A stretch of DNA of 64,000 bases from Candidatus Scatocola faecigallinarum (GCA_018713605.1 DVOM01000017.1:119-64118), one strand, 5' to 3'. Positions 29,291 through 38,893 are shown, counted from the stretch's first letter. Numbers and translations: made by a program. The notes: generated by a model from the letters alone, not told the origin.

Positions 29291-30495
29291 CAGTCGCTCT
29301 CCTCCATGGCCGTAATCAGCTTGTTGACGGAATCTTCCATGTCTTCGGCAATGATAATCGGCAGTTTGGAATGTTCCAGAATATCTTTGGCTTCGTCTTT
29401 GTTGGTTCCCTCAAACCGAACCACCAGCGGTACGTTCAGCCCGACTTCCGAGGCCGCGGCGACAATGCCGTCGGCAATCAGGTTGCAGCGCAGAAAACCG
29501 CCCAGAATATTGATTAAAATTCCCTCAACCCGCGGATTGGTCATAATTATTTTAATGCCGGCGGCAATTTTGTCTTTGTCGACGCCGCCCTTGACGTTTA
29601 AAAAACAGGCGGTGCCGTTGTCGCCTCTGGCGCGGATGAGATCCATGGCCGCCAAAGCAATGCCGTCGCCGTTGACGATGCAGCCGATGTTGCCGTCAAA
29701 TTCGGAATATTGGAAACCGTATTTTGCCGCTTTCAGTTCGCGGTCTTCCTCTTCGTATTCGTCTTGCAGGACGCTGATTTCCTTGTGGCGGTAGAGCGCG
29801 TTGTTGTCAAAGCTCATTTTGGCGTCAAGCGCAACAATCTGTCCGGTTTTGGTTACGCCGACCGGGTTGACTTCAATCATTACCGCGTCGTAGTCGACAA
29901 AAGCCTGATGCATGCCGTTGATGAACGTTTCCAGATTCTTGGCGACTTTCGGCTCCAGATGCAGAAATTCCATAACCTGCTGAATCTGCTCCGGGCTGGC
30001 GCCGGTAATCAGATCAAGATGCACGCGCAGAATTTTGTCCGGCGACAAAACCGCCAGCGCCGTAATGTCTTCGTTGTTGGTATCGGCCACCAGCAGCGTA
30101 ATGGCCGGAATCATCCGGTCAATAACCAGACTGGCGTAAAAGGTCTTTTTGACTTTGCTGTAGGCTTCGACATAAATGCGGCCGACCAGTTTGCCCTTGG
30201 GGCCGGTCTGCACCGTTACCAGCGTTGAACCGAGCATTTTTTCCGCTTCCGGCATAATGTCGCGGCGGCTGCGTACCAGCCGGATCCCTCCGCGGCGCCC
30301 GGCCTTTTTGTCCGTAAAGTACCCTTTGTTGCGGGCGCCGGACTGAATTTGCGCTTTCAGCATCCACGGGCCGCGGAACGAAACCTGAGCCGCAGCTTTT
30401 TTTGCTTCGTGCGGGGTATAGGCAATCATGCCCTTGGGAATGGATATTCCGTATTGGCTGAGAATTTTCTTGGCCTGATACTCGTGGATGTTCAT
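29290..30495 (-). CDS. sucC: succinyl-CoA synthetase beta subunit homolog (divergent)
   Basis: MNIHEYQAK, EVNP, LDAK..FD.NALYRH, GNIGCIVNG, VVR.EGTN. Confidence 0.88.
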   Translation of the reverse strand: MNIHEYQAKKILSQYGISIPKGMIAYTPHEAKKAAAQVSFRGPWMLKAQIQSGARNKGYFTDKKAGRRGGIRLVRSRRDIMPEAEKMLGSTLVTVQTGPKGKLVGRIYVEAYSKVKKTFYASLVIDRMIPAITLLVADTNNEDITALAVLSPDKILRVHLDLITGASPEQIQQVMEFLHLEPKVAKNLETFINGMHQAFVDYDAVMIEVNPVGVTKTGQIVALDAKMSFDNNALYRHKEISVLQDEYEEEDRELKAAKYGFQYSEFDGNIGCIVNGDGIALAAMDLIRARGDNGTACFLNVKGGVDKDKIAAGIKIIMTNPRVEGILINILGGFLRCNLIADGIVAAASEVGLNVPLVVRFEGTNKDEAKDILEHSKLPIIIAEDMEDSVNKLITAMEESD

Positions 30496-30498
30496 GGC

Positions 30499-30903
30499 TT
30501 ATTCCTGCAAATGGGAGGCGTAAAAACGAATTTTTTCAATCATCGAAAGCAGGCCGTTGCGCCGGCTGGGGCTTAAGTGCTCTTCCAGGCCGAGCCGTGC
30601 AAAGATGTCGTCCAGACTGAACGCGGCAATTTCCGCCGGCGTTTTGTCCTTGAAAACCGTCAGCACCACGGCAATCAGCCCGCGGACGATAATCGCGTCG
30701 CTGTCGCCCTTAAAGGAAAGAATGCCGTCTTTTAGTTCGGGAACCAGCCAGACCTGCGACTGGCAGCCTTTAACTTTGAACTCTTCGGTTTTGAACTTTT
30801 CGTCGAGCGGTTCCAGCCCGCCGCCGAGGTCAATCAGATAGCGGTATTTGTCCTCCCAATCTTCAAGCAGTTCAAAATTCTCGATTAATTCGTTGATTTC
30901 CAT
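30499..30903 (-). CDS. sufE: SufE sulfur acceptor
   Basis: WEDKYRYLIDLG, VKGCQSQVW, DSDAIIVRGL, LSPSRRNGL. Confidence 0.95.
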   Translation of the reverse strand: MEINELIENFELLEDWEDKYRYLIDLGGGLEPLDEKFKTEEFKVKGCQSQVWLVPELKDGILSFKGDSDAIIVRGLIAVVLTVFKDKTPAEIAAFSLDDIFARLGLEEHLSPSRRNGLLSMIEKIRFYASHLQE

Positions 30904-30912
30904 TCCTGCCTC

Positions 30913-31545
30913 TCATTTGTCAAGCTTGCCGAAAATCGCCAGTTTTGAACCGGTCAAACGGGCCCAAAGCCGGTCTCCGAAAGAATAGTGCCACCATTCC
31001 GACGGATAATTGACCAGACCGCACTTGGACAAAGCGTCCCTTAGAATCTCACGGTTGCGCCTGGCTTCCGCACTGATATGCGGACAGTCAAAGTCCGCCG
31101 TATCGTCAAAGCCTCGAACCGAGCCGCCCATGTCATATTCCCGGCCTTCGTCGTCAATTAACGAAATGTCCACGGACGCGCCGGACTGGTGACCGCTTCC
31201 CTGGCGATAAGGATTGGCGGCAAAAACGTCGCATATTGCGATGAACTCTTCCGAATCAACCGGCAGCCGGGGATGTTTCTTTTTCTGTTCCGCAACAACC
31301 GAATCCCAGAGCTTTATTTGTGCCGACATGGGGCGGTAAGCTTCGTAAACGACAAAATGATAACCCTGCGGCAAGTTTCCGGCAGCTTTTTTCAGCAAGT
31401 CGTAAATATAGGCCCGGATGAGCCGGATGTCGGTAAAGCGGGAATTAAAGAAGATACCGTCTTCTTTTCTTATTTCAACCAGTCGAACCGGATTTTCGAT
31501 TTCGGAAATAACCAGCGGTTCGGGCAGATTTGCATCGCTGAACAT
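30913..31545 (-). CDS. D-Ala-D-Ala dipeptidase (M15D, VanX/DdpX-like)
   Basis: YEAYRP, SGHQSGASVD, DMG, EWWHYS. Confidence 0.88.
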   Translation of the reverse strand: MFSDANLPEPLVISEIENPVRLVEIRKEDGIFFNSRFTDIRLIRAYIYDLLKKAAGNLPQGYHFVVYEAYRPMSAQIKLWDSVVAEQKKKHPRLPVDSEEFIAICDVFAANPYRQGSGHQSGASVDISLIDDEGREYDMGGSVRGFDDTADFDCPHISAEARRNREILRDALSKCGLVNYPSEWWHYSFGDRLWARLTGSKLAIFGKLDK

Positions 31546-32264
31546 TATTTTGAACTTCTTTGGCAGTTTATTAATACGGCAAAAAGCCCGGACATTTTTT
31601 GATTAAACGGCGAAGTGCGGTAAAAGTCTTCCTTGTGTACTTCAAAAACGGCGCGCGGTTCTCCGTGCCCGTAATGAGACGCCTCGTTGTAACCGACCTG
31701 TTTGCCGCCGATACGCTCAATGAGCTTGCGTGAAAACTTGTTGGCCGGATGAGCCGTAATGTCCAACTTTCGGTAAGCTTTGAAAAAATGATGAACCAGT
31801 CCCCGCACGGCTTCCGTCGCATAACCGTGTTCGCCGTATCGGGGGTCGATGAAATAACCCAGATCGCCGTATATCTTTTTGCCGTTTTCCTCTATGGGAA
31901 GCATGTCAATCGTAACGTTGCCGATGAGCTTGTCGTTCGGCAGACGCACGGCCATGCGATAGGTCGAGCGGGGATCCTGCCGGCGCTCCCTTTCCGCCTT
32001 GATTAAAAAGTCCGAGACTTTGTTTCTGATAACGTTGTCTCTTTGCGGCGTGTCCCGATCAACCTGAAAAGTGTAAAAAGGGCAGTAGCCTTCGGTTGCC
32101 TTAACATCGGCATTGTGGTTAATGTTAAAGGCAATTTCCTGCAGGCGGTGAAAGTCTGAAGTTTTAAACTCGTCTATAATCAGGCGATCGGTTTTGATGG
32201 GAACGAAAATTGACTCGGGCATTCCAAAAATCCTTATTTTACTTAATATATGCCTCAATAGCAT
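31545..32264 (-). CDS. GNAT acetyltransferase (RimJ/RimL-like)
   Basis: TDRLII, DLGYFIDP.Y..HGYATEA, N..SRKLIERIG; start uncertain. Confidence 0.8.
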   Translation of the reverse strand: MLLRHILSKIRIFGMPESIFVPIKTDRLIIDEFKTSDFHRLQEIAFNINHNADVKATEGYCPFYTFQVDRDTPQRDNVIRNKVSDFLIKAERERRQDPRSTYRMAVRLPNDKLIGNVTIDMLPIEENGKKIYGDLGYFIDPRYGEHGYATEAVRGLVHHFFKAYRKLDITAHPANKFSRKLIERIGGKQVGYNEASHYGHGEPRAVFEVHKEDFYRTSPFNQKMSGLFAVLINCQRSSK

Positions 32265-32317
32265 TAAATTGTTCAAAAAACAACTTTTTTCTTTGAAATT
32301 TAAACTGAAATCTAAAT

Positions 32318-32599
32318 CCCGTCCGCCCCGTCGCCGGTCAAACCGGATTGCGCGGCTGCCGGAGCGCGTAGAACCTCGTAGATAAATAGTCTATGTGTGT
32401 TGAAAGCGCCGAAACAATGACTATCTCTACAGTGTCACGATGGTGATATATCAAACGAAAGTTTCCTATATCAGCTATGAGTGGCAGATGAAAAAAACAA
32501 CAGATGTTTACAGTACCCGGAAAAATTTATTTTTTTCTGCGGTTACAGACAACAGCTTTCGTTTTTTTGGGAGGGGATTGTAAGAGCCCCTCCTTTTTT
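32318..32599 (+). ncRNA. candidate structured ncRNA of unknown family
   Basis: Four stem-loops with G-U pairs favouring the + strand, a GAAA tetraloop, and a +-oriented terminator at 32570-32599. Confidence 0.4.
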
Positions 32600-33896
32600 A
32601 TTCTTCGCCGTCTTCCTTGACCCGCTCAATGTCGGCGCCGACACCTTTCAGCTTTTCTTCCAGTTTTTCATAACCGCGGTCAAGATGGTAAACGCGGTTG
32701 ACGACGGTTTCTCCTTCTGCCGCCAGTCCGGCCAGCACCAGCGCGAAAGATGCCCGCAGGTCGGTAGCCATGACCGGCGCGCCCGACAGTTTTTTTACCC
32801 CGCGGACAATTGCGGAAGCATGCCCGTGTACGTTAATGTTTGCACCCATGCGCAGAAGTTCGGGAACGTGCATGAAACGGTTTTCAAAAATCGTTTCGGT
32901 AACCATGCCTGCGCCTTCCGCCATGGTCAGCAGAGCCATGAACTGTGCCTGCAAATCGGTTGGAAAGCCCGGAAACGGTTCGGTAATGATGTCTTCGCCG
33001 ATAAGCTTTTTCCCGGTTGCGTCGACCAGAATTCCCCGCTCGGTGGGCACGACTTCCACGCCCATTTTCTGCAAAATCTGCATCGGTGTTTTAAGTGTAT
33101 AGGTCTGCGCGTTAATCAGCTCGATTTTTCCGCCGGTAATTGCCGCGGCCACGGCATAGGAGCCGGCTTCGATACGGTCCGGGATAACCTTGTGCCGCGC
33201 GCCGTGCAGTTTTTCGACGCCCTCAATTGTCAGAATGGAAGTGCCGATGCCCGAAATCTTGGCGCCCATGTCGTTCAGCAGGTTGATTAAATCGCCGATT
33301 TCCGGTTCTTTTGCGGCATTTTCCAAAACCGTAATGCCGTCGGCCAGTGTTGCCGCCATCAAAACGTTGCAGGTTGCGCCGACCGAAACCGTGCGAAAAA
33401 CAATGTGCGCGCCTTTCAGTCTGCCGTCGACTTCGCCGTAAACATAGCCGTTGCGAATATCGATTTTGGCGCCCATCTCTTCCATGGCCGCCAGATGAAT
33501 GTCCATCGGGCGCGTACCGATAGCGCAGCCGCCCGGCAGTGAAAGTTCAACTTTTCCGGCTCGGGCCAGCAAAGGTCCAAGCACATAGTAGGAAGCGCGC
33601 ATCTTGCGCACATAGTCGTAAGGCGCGGCAATGCTTGTCAGCTTCGGCGTACGGTAGGAATAAGTCTTGGTCGGATGTCCGTCGACAAAGTCGTCAAAGG
33701 AATCAATTTGCGTGCCGAGCTGCTCCAGCAGTAGATTCATTGATTTAATGTCTGATAAAATCGGCATGTTGGTCAACGTAACCGTTTCTTCGGTCAGCAG
33801 GCTGGCGCAGATAAGCGGCAGCGCCGCATTTTTGGCGCCGCTGATAAAAATTTCGCCGTTCAGCTGTCTGCCGCCCTTAATCTTAATCTTGTCCAT
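32598..33896 (-). CDS. murA: UDP-GlcNAc 1-carboxyvinyltransferase
   Basis: [45 protein letters not shown]. Confidence 0.98.
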   Translation of the reverse strand: MDKIKIKGGRQLNGEIFISGAKNAALPLICASLLTEETVTLTNMPILSDIKSMNLLLEQLGTQIDSFDDFVDGHPTKTYSYRTPKLTSIAAPYDYVRKMRASYYVLGPLLARAGKVELSLPGGCAIGTRPMDIHLAAMEEMGAKIDIRNGYVYGEVDGRLKGAHIVFRTVSVGATCNVLMAATLADGITVLENAAKEPEIGDLINLLNDMGAKISGIGTSILTIEGVEKLHGARHKVIPDRIEAGSYAVAAAITGGKIELINAQTYTLKTPMQILQKMGVEVVPTERGILVDATGKKLIGEDIITEPFPGFPTDLQAQFMALLTMAEGAGMVTETIFENRFMHVPELLRMGANINVHGHASAIVRGVKKLSGAPVMATDLRASFALVLAGLAAEGETVVNRVYHLDRGYEKLEEKLKGVGADIERVKEDGEE

Positions 33897-34026
33897 TGGT
33901 CTTCTCGTCCTTGTTTTTCAGTTTTTCGCGTTCCTGTTGCTGCTGCCGGCGTTTTTCCAGATTTCTCTGTAAGGCTTTGGCTTCTTTTTCAAAGCGGATT
34001 TCGCTCGGCTTTTTCTTTTTTTCCAT
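33883..34026 (-). CDS. small 47-aa protein upstream of murA (not in the ORF track)
   Basis: [30 protein letters not shown]...; AAGGA RBS; overlaps the murA start. Confidence 0.6.
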   Translation of the reverse strand: MEKKKKPSEIRFEKEAKALQRNLEKRRQQQQEREKLKNKDEKTNGQD

Positions 34027-34384
34027 CAAAAATATCCTTTCCGGTTTCAGAGATTCTCAAACTATAAAACCTCTTAACAAAAAAAGCCATAAAATATTTT
34101 TTTCGGATGCACAGTTGCGGTTCCCTTTTTTTCTGCCATTCTCCGGTATATTCTCCTCCCGCTTCATCCGGCAATCCACGAGGTAAGCCTCATTGCTATT
34201 CATCGAAAAAACTGTTGTCGGCGGCTTTTTTATGTGATGTATACGGCTATAGAACTTACTGCCGGAATATTAAGCCGGAAAACTGAAGTTTTAAAAGTAG
34301 TATTTATTAAGAATTTGACATTTTGATTTCTGACATTAAAAATGAAATAAAAAGCCTGGTGTTTATTTATACAAGGAACAACTA

Positions 34385-34615
34385 ATGAAAACGGGAATTT
34401 ACAGACATTATAGAGGACATGTTTACAGAGTAATGTTTATCGGGAAACATACTGAAACTTTAGAAAATATGGTTGTTTATCAGGCGATAAATGCAAAAAA
34501 TTCCTGTGAAAAATCTTCACCAGACCAAATTTGGGTTCGTCCTGAGAAGATGTTTTTGGAAAATGTTGTCGTTGATGGAAAAAACGTTCCCAGATTTACA
34601 TATTTAGGAAAATGA
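34385..34615 (+). CDS. DUF1653 domain protein
   Basis: GIYRHY.G, HTETLE.MVVYQA, WVRP..MF, PRF. Confidence 0.88.
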   Translation: MKTGIYRHYRGHVYRVMFIGKHTETLENMVVYQAINAKNSCEKSSPDQIWVRPEKMFLENVVVDGKNVPRFTYLGK

Positions 34616-34912
34616 TGCGATAAAAAAGGAAAGAATATTCCGTGTCCGCAACAAATGCGGAATTCTTAAAAATGGTGCGCGATACTGTGCGATTATCGGA
34701 CTGAAAATTATGAGGATTTTAAGCAATTAACCAAGAAAATTGAGCTGTTTGAAGAAAGTTTATCAATATCGGATTTGCCTTTAAACAATTTAATGGTGAA
34801 ATAGTAACGGAAATGATTTGAAAAAAGTACTTTTTTTGTGTAAAATCTATCGAACTTGATAAAATAAAAAAATATTCATACAATGTTTTCAGAAAAGCAT
34901 GGAATTGTATAA

Positions 34913-35557
34913 GTGATAAAAATCTATGAAGCAGAAATGAAACTAGATTTGATTAGTTTTCTTTTGAAAGAACAGCCAAGAACTTTCATTATTGGGTCTG
35001 AAGTTCCTGTCAATCAATCCGAAAATCTAGTAGATATATTAAAAATATCAAAAAGAGCATGTCACGCTTATGAAATAAAAAGTGACCAAGATAACTTTAT
35101 CCGTCTTCCAAAACAAATAGAAACATATACAAGCCTGTTTGATTATACAAGTGTTGTTGTATCAAAAGCTAATTATCATAAAATAATAAAAGAGATTCCT
35201 AAAAAAATAGGGATTCTTGTTATTGATGAAAATCATGTTGTAACGATTAAAAGAAAAGCCACAAAAATTCTCAGATTAAACAAAATGGGCTTGACTAAGC
35301 TTTTGTGGAAAAATGAATTAATCAATATTCTTCAGGATAAGCAAATAGGTACAAAAAAAGAACTTAATAAATTAAGCGATGTTACTTTACGCCAAATCCT
35401 AGTTAGCATATTAACTACAAAAGAACTCAAAAATTTATCATATAAACATTTACTTACGAGATATGTGTATAAATATAAAAATTTTATGGGTAATATAGGA
35501 TTGGAATTACTGAAAGACGATTTATTAGAGCTAAGTTTGAAAAACCAATCTATCTAA
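34913..35557 (+). CDS. sce7726-family PD-(D/E)XK-like protein
   Basis: SE...VD...AYEIKSDQDNFIRLPKQ..Y...FDY..VV; IGI. Confidence 0.75.
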   Translation: MIKIYEAEMKLDLISFLLKEQPRTFIIGSEVPVNQSENLVDILKISKRACHAYEIKSDQDNFIRLPKQIETYTSLFDYTSVVVSKANYHKIIKEIPKKIGILVIDENHVVTIKRKATKILRLNKMGLTKLLWKNELINILQDKQIGTKKELNKLSDVTLRQILVSILTTKELKNLSYKHLLTRYVYKYKNFMGNIGLELLKDDLLELSLKNQSI

Positions 35558-36608
35558 AACGTTTCAATACATTATTTATATACAAATTAACTCTAACAGA
35601 AATCCAATGACTAGGTATTCTTTTGCTTGGTGTTCCTCTAGCTGCTTTTACTATTTCCTGAACACCCCATAAATCATTTTCTAAGTGATTTTGATGTATA
35701 AATTCTATTGCATTTGCAGCCGCTTTTTCATAGCCTCCATCGTCCCTTCTATATCTAAAGAAATTATATATATTGTTGTATGGAATATCAATTCTAGGCA
35801 CCCAAGAACCACCAAAAGAAGCATAGGCAATAGGGTGAATGCTAGCATAATCTCCATAAGATATGTTTTCAATTTTAGATTTTAAGCCTTTGTACAATTC
35901 AAATTCTCTAATTGGAAAACTTCCTCGGCAACCATCAGAATAAATTGTAACGCTTTGGGGAAAACTTGAAGATAAAATAATACATCTGTTTTGCTCAATC
36001 TGCTTATTTTTAATAAAATCTGAAATAAGATTTTTACTGTTTTCTAATATTGTTTCAAGTGAGATTTTGGGATTTAAATAACCAAAGTCAAATAAAAAAA
36101 TAAATTTTTTTAAACGTTTTATATCAACATTTATCAGTGAATTTATTAGATGAATCATCTTTTCATTAAAAATCATACTATCTGATGTAAAGGGAATCCG
36201 AAAAGCAACGTTGTTAAAATTTTCTAACAGGTTGTTTATTTGCAAATTTAAATCTTTATCATCAGGTTTATTTAACAAAACAACACAAGGAATAATATTT
36301 GAATTTTTATCTTTTACTTTTAAACAAAAATCACACCAATTCTTAAATCCATTTGTTTTATTTTTAAATAATTCAATTTGTTTATTGGTATATTCTTTAT
36401 CTGTTGTAAAATCTACGATAAAAGGTTTTCCTTTCATTACATTTAAAACCTTATCTATGTTCTTTTCTATAAGCCCTATACGATCTTTAACTGTTGTGCG
36501 TGACTTGGTAATTTCAATAACTGGCAAGCTATTCTCTAAATCAGTATTTGATAAGGAGACTAATTCAGCTTCTCTTGTGCGTAATAGAGGATAATATAAA
36601 TTTTCCAT
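35550..36608 (-). CDS. beta-family / sce7725-like protein
   Basis: YYPLLRTREAEL, PVIE, SSSFP, YGDYASIHP, PRID, W..VRVN.YI; convergent overlap with sce7726. Confidence 0.72.
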   Translation of the reverse strand: MENLYYPLLRTREAELVSLSNTDLENSLPVIEITKSRTTVKDRIGLIEKNIDKVLNVMKGKPFIVDFTTDKEYTNKQIELFKNKTNGFKNWCDFCLKVKDKNSNIIPCVVLLNKPDDKDLNLQINNLLENFNNVAFRIPFTSDSMIFNEKMIHLINSLINVDIKRLKKFIFLFDFGYLNPKISLETILENSKNLISDFIKNKQIEQNRCIILSSSFPQSVTIYSDGCRGSFPIREFELYKGLKSKIENISYGDYASIHPIAYASFGGSWVPRIDIPYNNIYNFFRYRRDDGGYEKAAANAIEFIHQNHLENDLWGVQEIVKAARGTPSKRIPSHWISVRVNLYINNVLKRFR

Positions 36609-36613
36609 TGCGT

Positions 36614-37117
36614 TTACCTAATTAAATTTAATTTTTTTGCCCTAAATTCACACGCAACACCCGAAACATTAAATTCTTCAGCAAGTCCCAATATTGTGTT
36701 GTTTCCTTTTTTTATTTCATCAAAGAAAGCTTTTTCTGGCATTAATATTCTCGCAGCCAAGTCATTCGCTTGTGCTTCTTCTTTATTTGTATCTGGACTT
36801 CTAAAAAATGAAACATCTTTAAATGCGGCGTTTTCTTTAGCATGTAAAACATAGTGAGCAATCTCGTGGGCAATTGTAAAACGTTTTCTTTTTTCGTTGT
36901 GAAAAGCATTCACATAAATATACCATTTCCCCCCCATATTTTCTAATTTACCTGATAATTCTTTATCCATATGAACATCTTCAATTATTGTTATTCCAAG
37001 CTTATTAGCTACTTGCCTAACATCAATAGGGTGGCTATAGCCTTCCAAAATGTCATTTAATTCGGCAAGACTAATTTTACTTTCCAATAATGGTTCTTCT
37101 ATACTTATAAAGGCCAT
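36614..37117 (-). CDS. ImmA/IrrE family metallopeptidase
   Basis: SG.L, IYVN, RKRFTIAHEIAH, E.QAN..AA.ILMP, LAE.FNVS. Confidence 0.9.
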   Translation of the reverse strand: MAFISIEEPLLESKISLAELNDILEGYSHPIDVRQVANKLGITIIEDVHMDKELSGKLENMGGKWYIYVNAFHNEKRKRFTIAHEIAHYVLHAKENAAFKDVSFFRSPDTNKEEAQANDLAARILMPEKAFFDEIKKGNNTILGLAEEFNVSGVACEFRAKKLNLIR

Positions 37118-37119
37118 AA

Positions 37120-37710
37120 TTACTTTTCCACTGTTAAAGTAACATTTTCAACTTTGTCAAAACAATCCTCATTAAGCAATCCGTCATCACTTTTAATAAT
37201 ATTTCCTTTTAATATCTCTAATTCTTCTTTAATTACACTAAATTTTTCTTGAATTTCATCGTCTATTATACGATCAAGATCGCTTCTTTTTTCTTCAAAC
37301 TTTTCAAGTATAAGTTTTGTAGCTTTCTCCTCTGTCAAAACTTTAATACTATTATAAGCAACTACAGAAAGAATCACAAATGCAAAAGATAAATATGCAA
37401 TTATATTATTATAAAAACTGAGAAGATCATTTGTCTGTATATTTTTATAGTTAATAGGTTGAACAGCCATAACATCTCTCAAAGAAAGATTACATAAAAG
37501 AGTCGTTATAAAAACGATTCCAACAAAGATTACACAATAAGTTATCTTTTTTATAGGAGAATAAATATCAGAATTTTTATGATTATACAAGTGCCAAACT
37601 AAAACGATGATTACACAACACATAGTCCAAACCATTATGTCAATTGACATAATCCATTCTAGAAAGTACCTTATATGTTCTAATTCCTTTTCTTTCACAT
37701 TAAGCTCCAT
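37120..37710 (-). CDS. hypothetical membrane protein (3 TM + charged tail)
   Basis: 196-aa ORF ending 2 bp before immA. Confidence 0.65.
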   Translation of the reverse strand: MELNVKEKELEHIRYFLEWIMSIDIMVWTMCCVIIVLVWHLYNHKNSDIYSPIKKITYCVIFVGIVFITTLLCNLSLRDVMAVQPINYKNIQTNDLLSFYNNIIAYLSFAFVILSVVAYNSIKVLTEEKATKLILEKFEEKRSDLDRIIDDEIQEKFSVIKEELEILKGNIIKSDDGLLNEDCFDKVENVTLTVEK

Positions 37711-37926
37711 AAAATAATTATATATTTTATAGTTTAACCATAGCTAAATTAGGATACAAGCAAATAATAATTATTATACAACACCAAAAAACTTGTTGCC
37801 ATCTATGTCATTAGGTTAATTTAGCTTATTTTACCTCATCAAATTTAGGTGTAAAACATACAATATATTGATTTTTAGAAAAAAGTTAATAAAATGCCAT
37901 TATAAATAAACAAGCAAAAATTGGCT

Positions 37927-37958
37927 TTTTAATTATGGCAGATCTGCCATAATTAAAA
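37927..37958. promoter_or_regulatory. 32-bp perfect palindrome, putative operator
   Basis: TTTTAATTATGGCAGA|TCTGCCATAATTAAAA, ending 26 bp before the KilA-N start. Confidence 0.75.
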
Positions 37959-37984
37959 TTATAACATATTGAAAGGGATAAATA

Positions 37985-38860
37985 ATGTTATTTTTTGGTA
38001 AAAATAAAAAGATTCAAGTTCAAGATACAGATGTATCAATAAAAACCAAAGATGGACAAGATTATATCTCTTTAACAGATATGTTAAAATCCAAAGATGG
38101 TGATTTTTTTGTTTCAGATTGGTTAAGAAATAGAAATACTGTTGAATTTTTGGGTGTTTGGGAAAGCATGAACAATCCAAATTTTAATTATGGCGGATTC
38201 GCCGCAATTAAAGAAAAGGCCGGATTAAATAATTATAAGATTAGTGTAAAAGAATGGATTGAGAAAACGAATGCTATCGGATTAATAGCCAGTAGCGGCA
38301 GATATGGCGGAACGTATGCCCATGTAGATATTGCTTTTGAATTTGGTATGTGGATCAGTCCGCAATTCAAGTTATATTTAATTAAAGAATATCAGCGCCT
38401 TAAACAAGTTGAAAGCAATCAATATAATCTAGAATGGAATGTTAAACGTATGATTAGTAAAACCAACTATAATATTCATACGGATGCGATAAAAGAAATT
38501 ATTATTCCTCAAACAACACATTGGATGAAAAGCTTTGAATATGCAAAAGAGGCAGATTTACTTAATTTAGCTATATTTGGAATGACGGCAAAGGAATGGA
38601 AAGAGCAAAATCCAGAAAGAGATAAAAGAGGTGAAAATATGCGTGATTCTGCAAGTATTGTGGAATTAATCGTTATTTCTAATGCTGAGAGTTTAAATGC
38701 TGAAATGATTAAAGAGGGAAAATCTAAAAAAGAAAGATTTGAAAAAATTCAGCAAATGGCTAAAGATCAAATGAAAATTTTAGCTAAAAATGATTCCTTA
38801 AAATCTTTAAAAAAGACAAAAGAAGATATCTATCTAACAGCTATGGAAACTAAAGATTAA
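37985..38860 (+). CDS. KilA-N domain DNA-binding protein
   Basis: DYISLTDM, WLRNRNT.EFLG.WE, GRYGGTYAH.DIAFEF..WISP.F.LYLIKEYQRLK. Confidence 0.9.
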   Translation: MLFFGKNKKIQVQDTDVSIKTKDGQDYISLTDMLKSKDGDFFVSDWLRNRNTVEFLGVWESMNNPNFNYGGFAAIKEKAGLNNYKISVKEWIEKTNAIGLIASSGRYGGTYAHVDIAFEFGMWISPQFKLYLIKEYQRLKQVESNQYNLEWNVKRMISKTNYNIHTDAIKEIIIPQTTHWMKSFEYAKEADLLNLAIFGMTAKEWKEQNPERDKRGENMRDSASIVELIVISNAESLNAEMIKEGKSKKERFEKIQQMAKDQMKILAKNDSLKSLKKTKEDIYLTAMETKD

Positions 38861-38893
38861 AAAAGTAAACATATTGTCTTTAATGTCATTACG

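Noticed and set aside
30913-31545. vanX as part of a glycopeptide resistance cluster
   Set aside because: No vanH/vanA/vanRS nearby; stand-alone DdpX-type dipeptidases are common in Gram-negatives.
32435-32486. GATGG...AAAC...GCT.ATGA as a fluoride riboswitch
   Set aside because: The P1/pseudoknot pairing does not fit and there is no downstream + strand gene; a long hairpin explains the segment better.
34385-34615. DUF1653 gene as part of the island
   Set aside because: AT-rich but outside the left core and the former tRNA terminator (34631-34667); at most an older acquisition.
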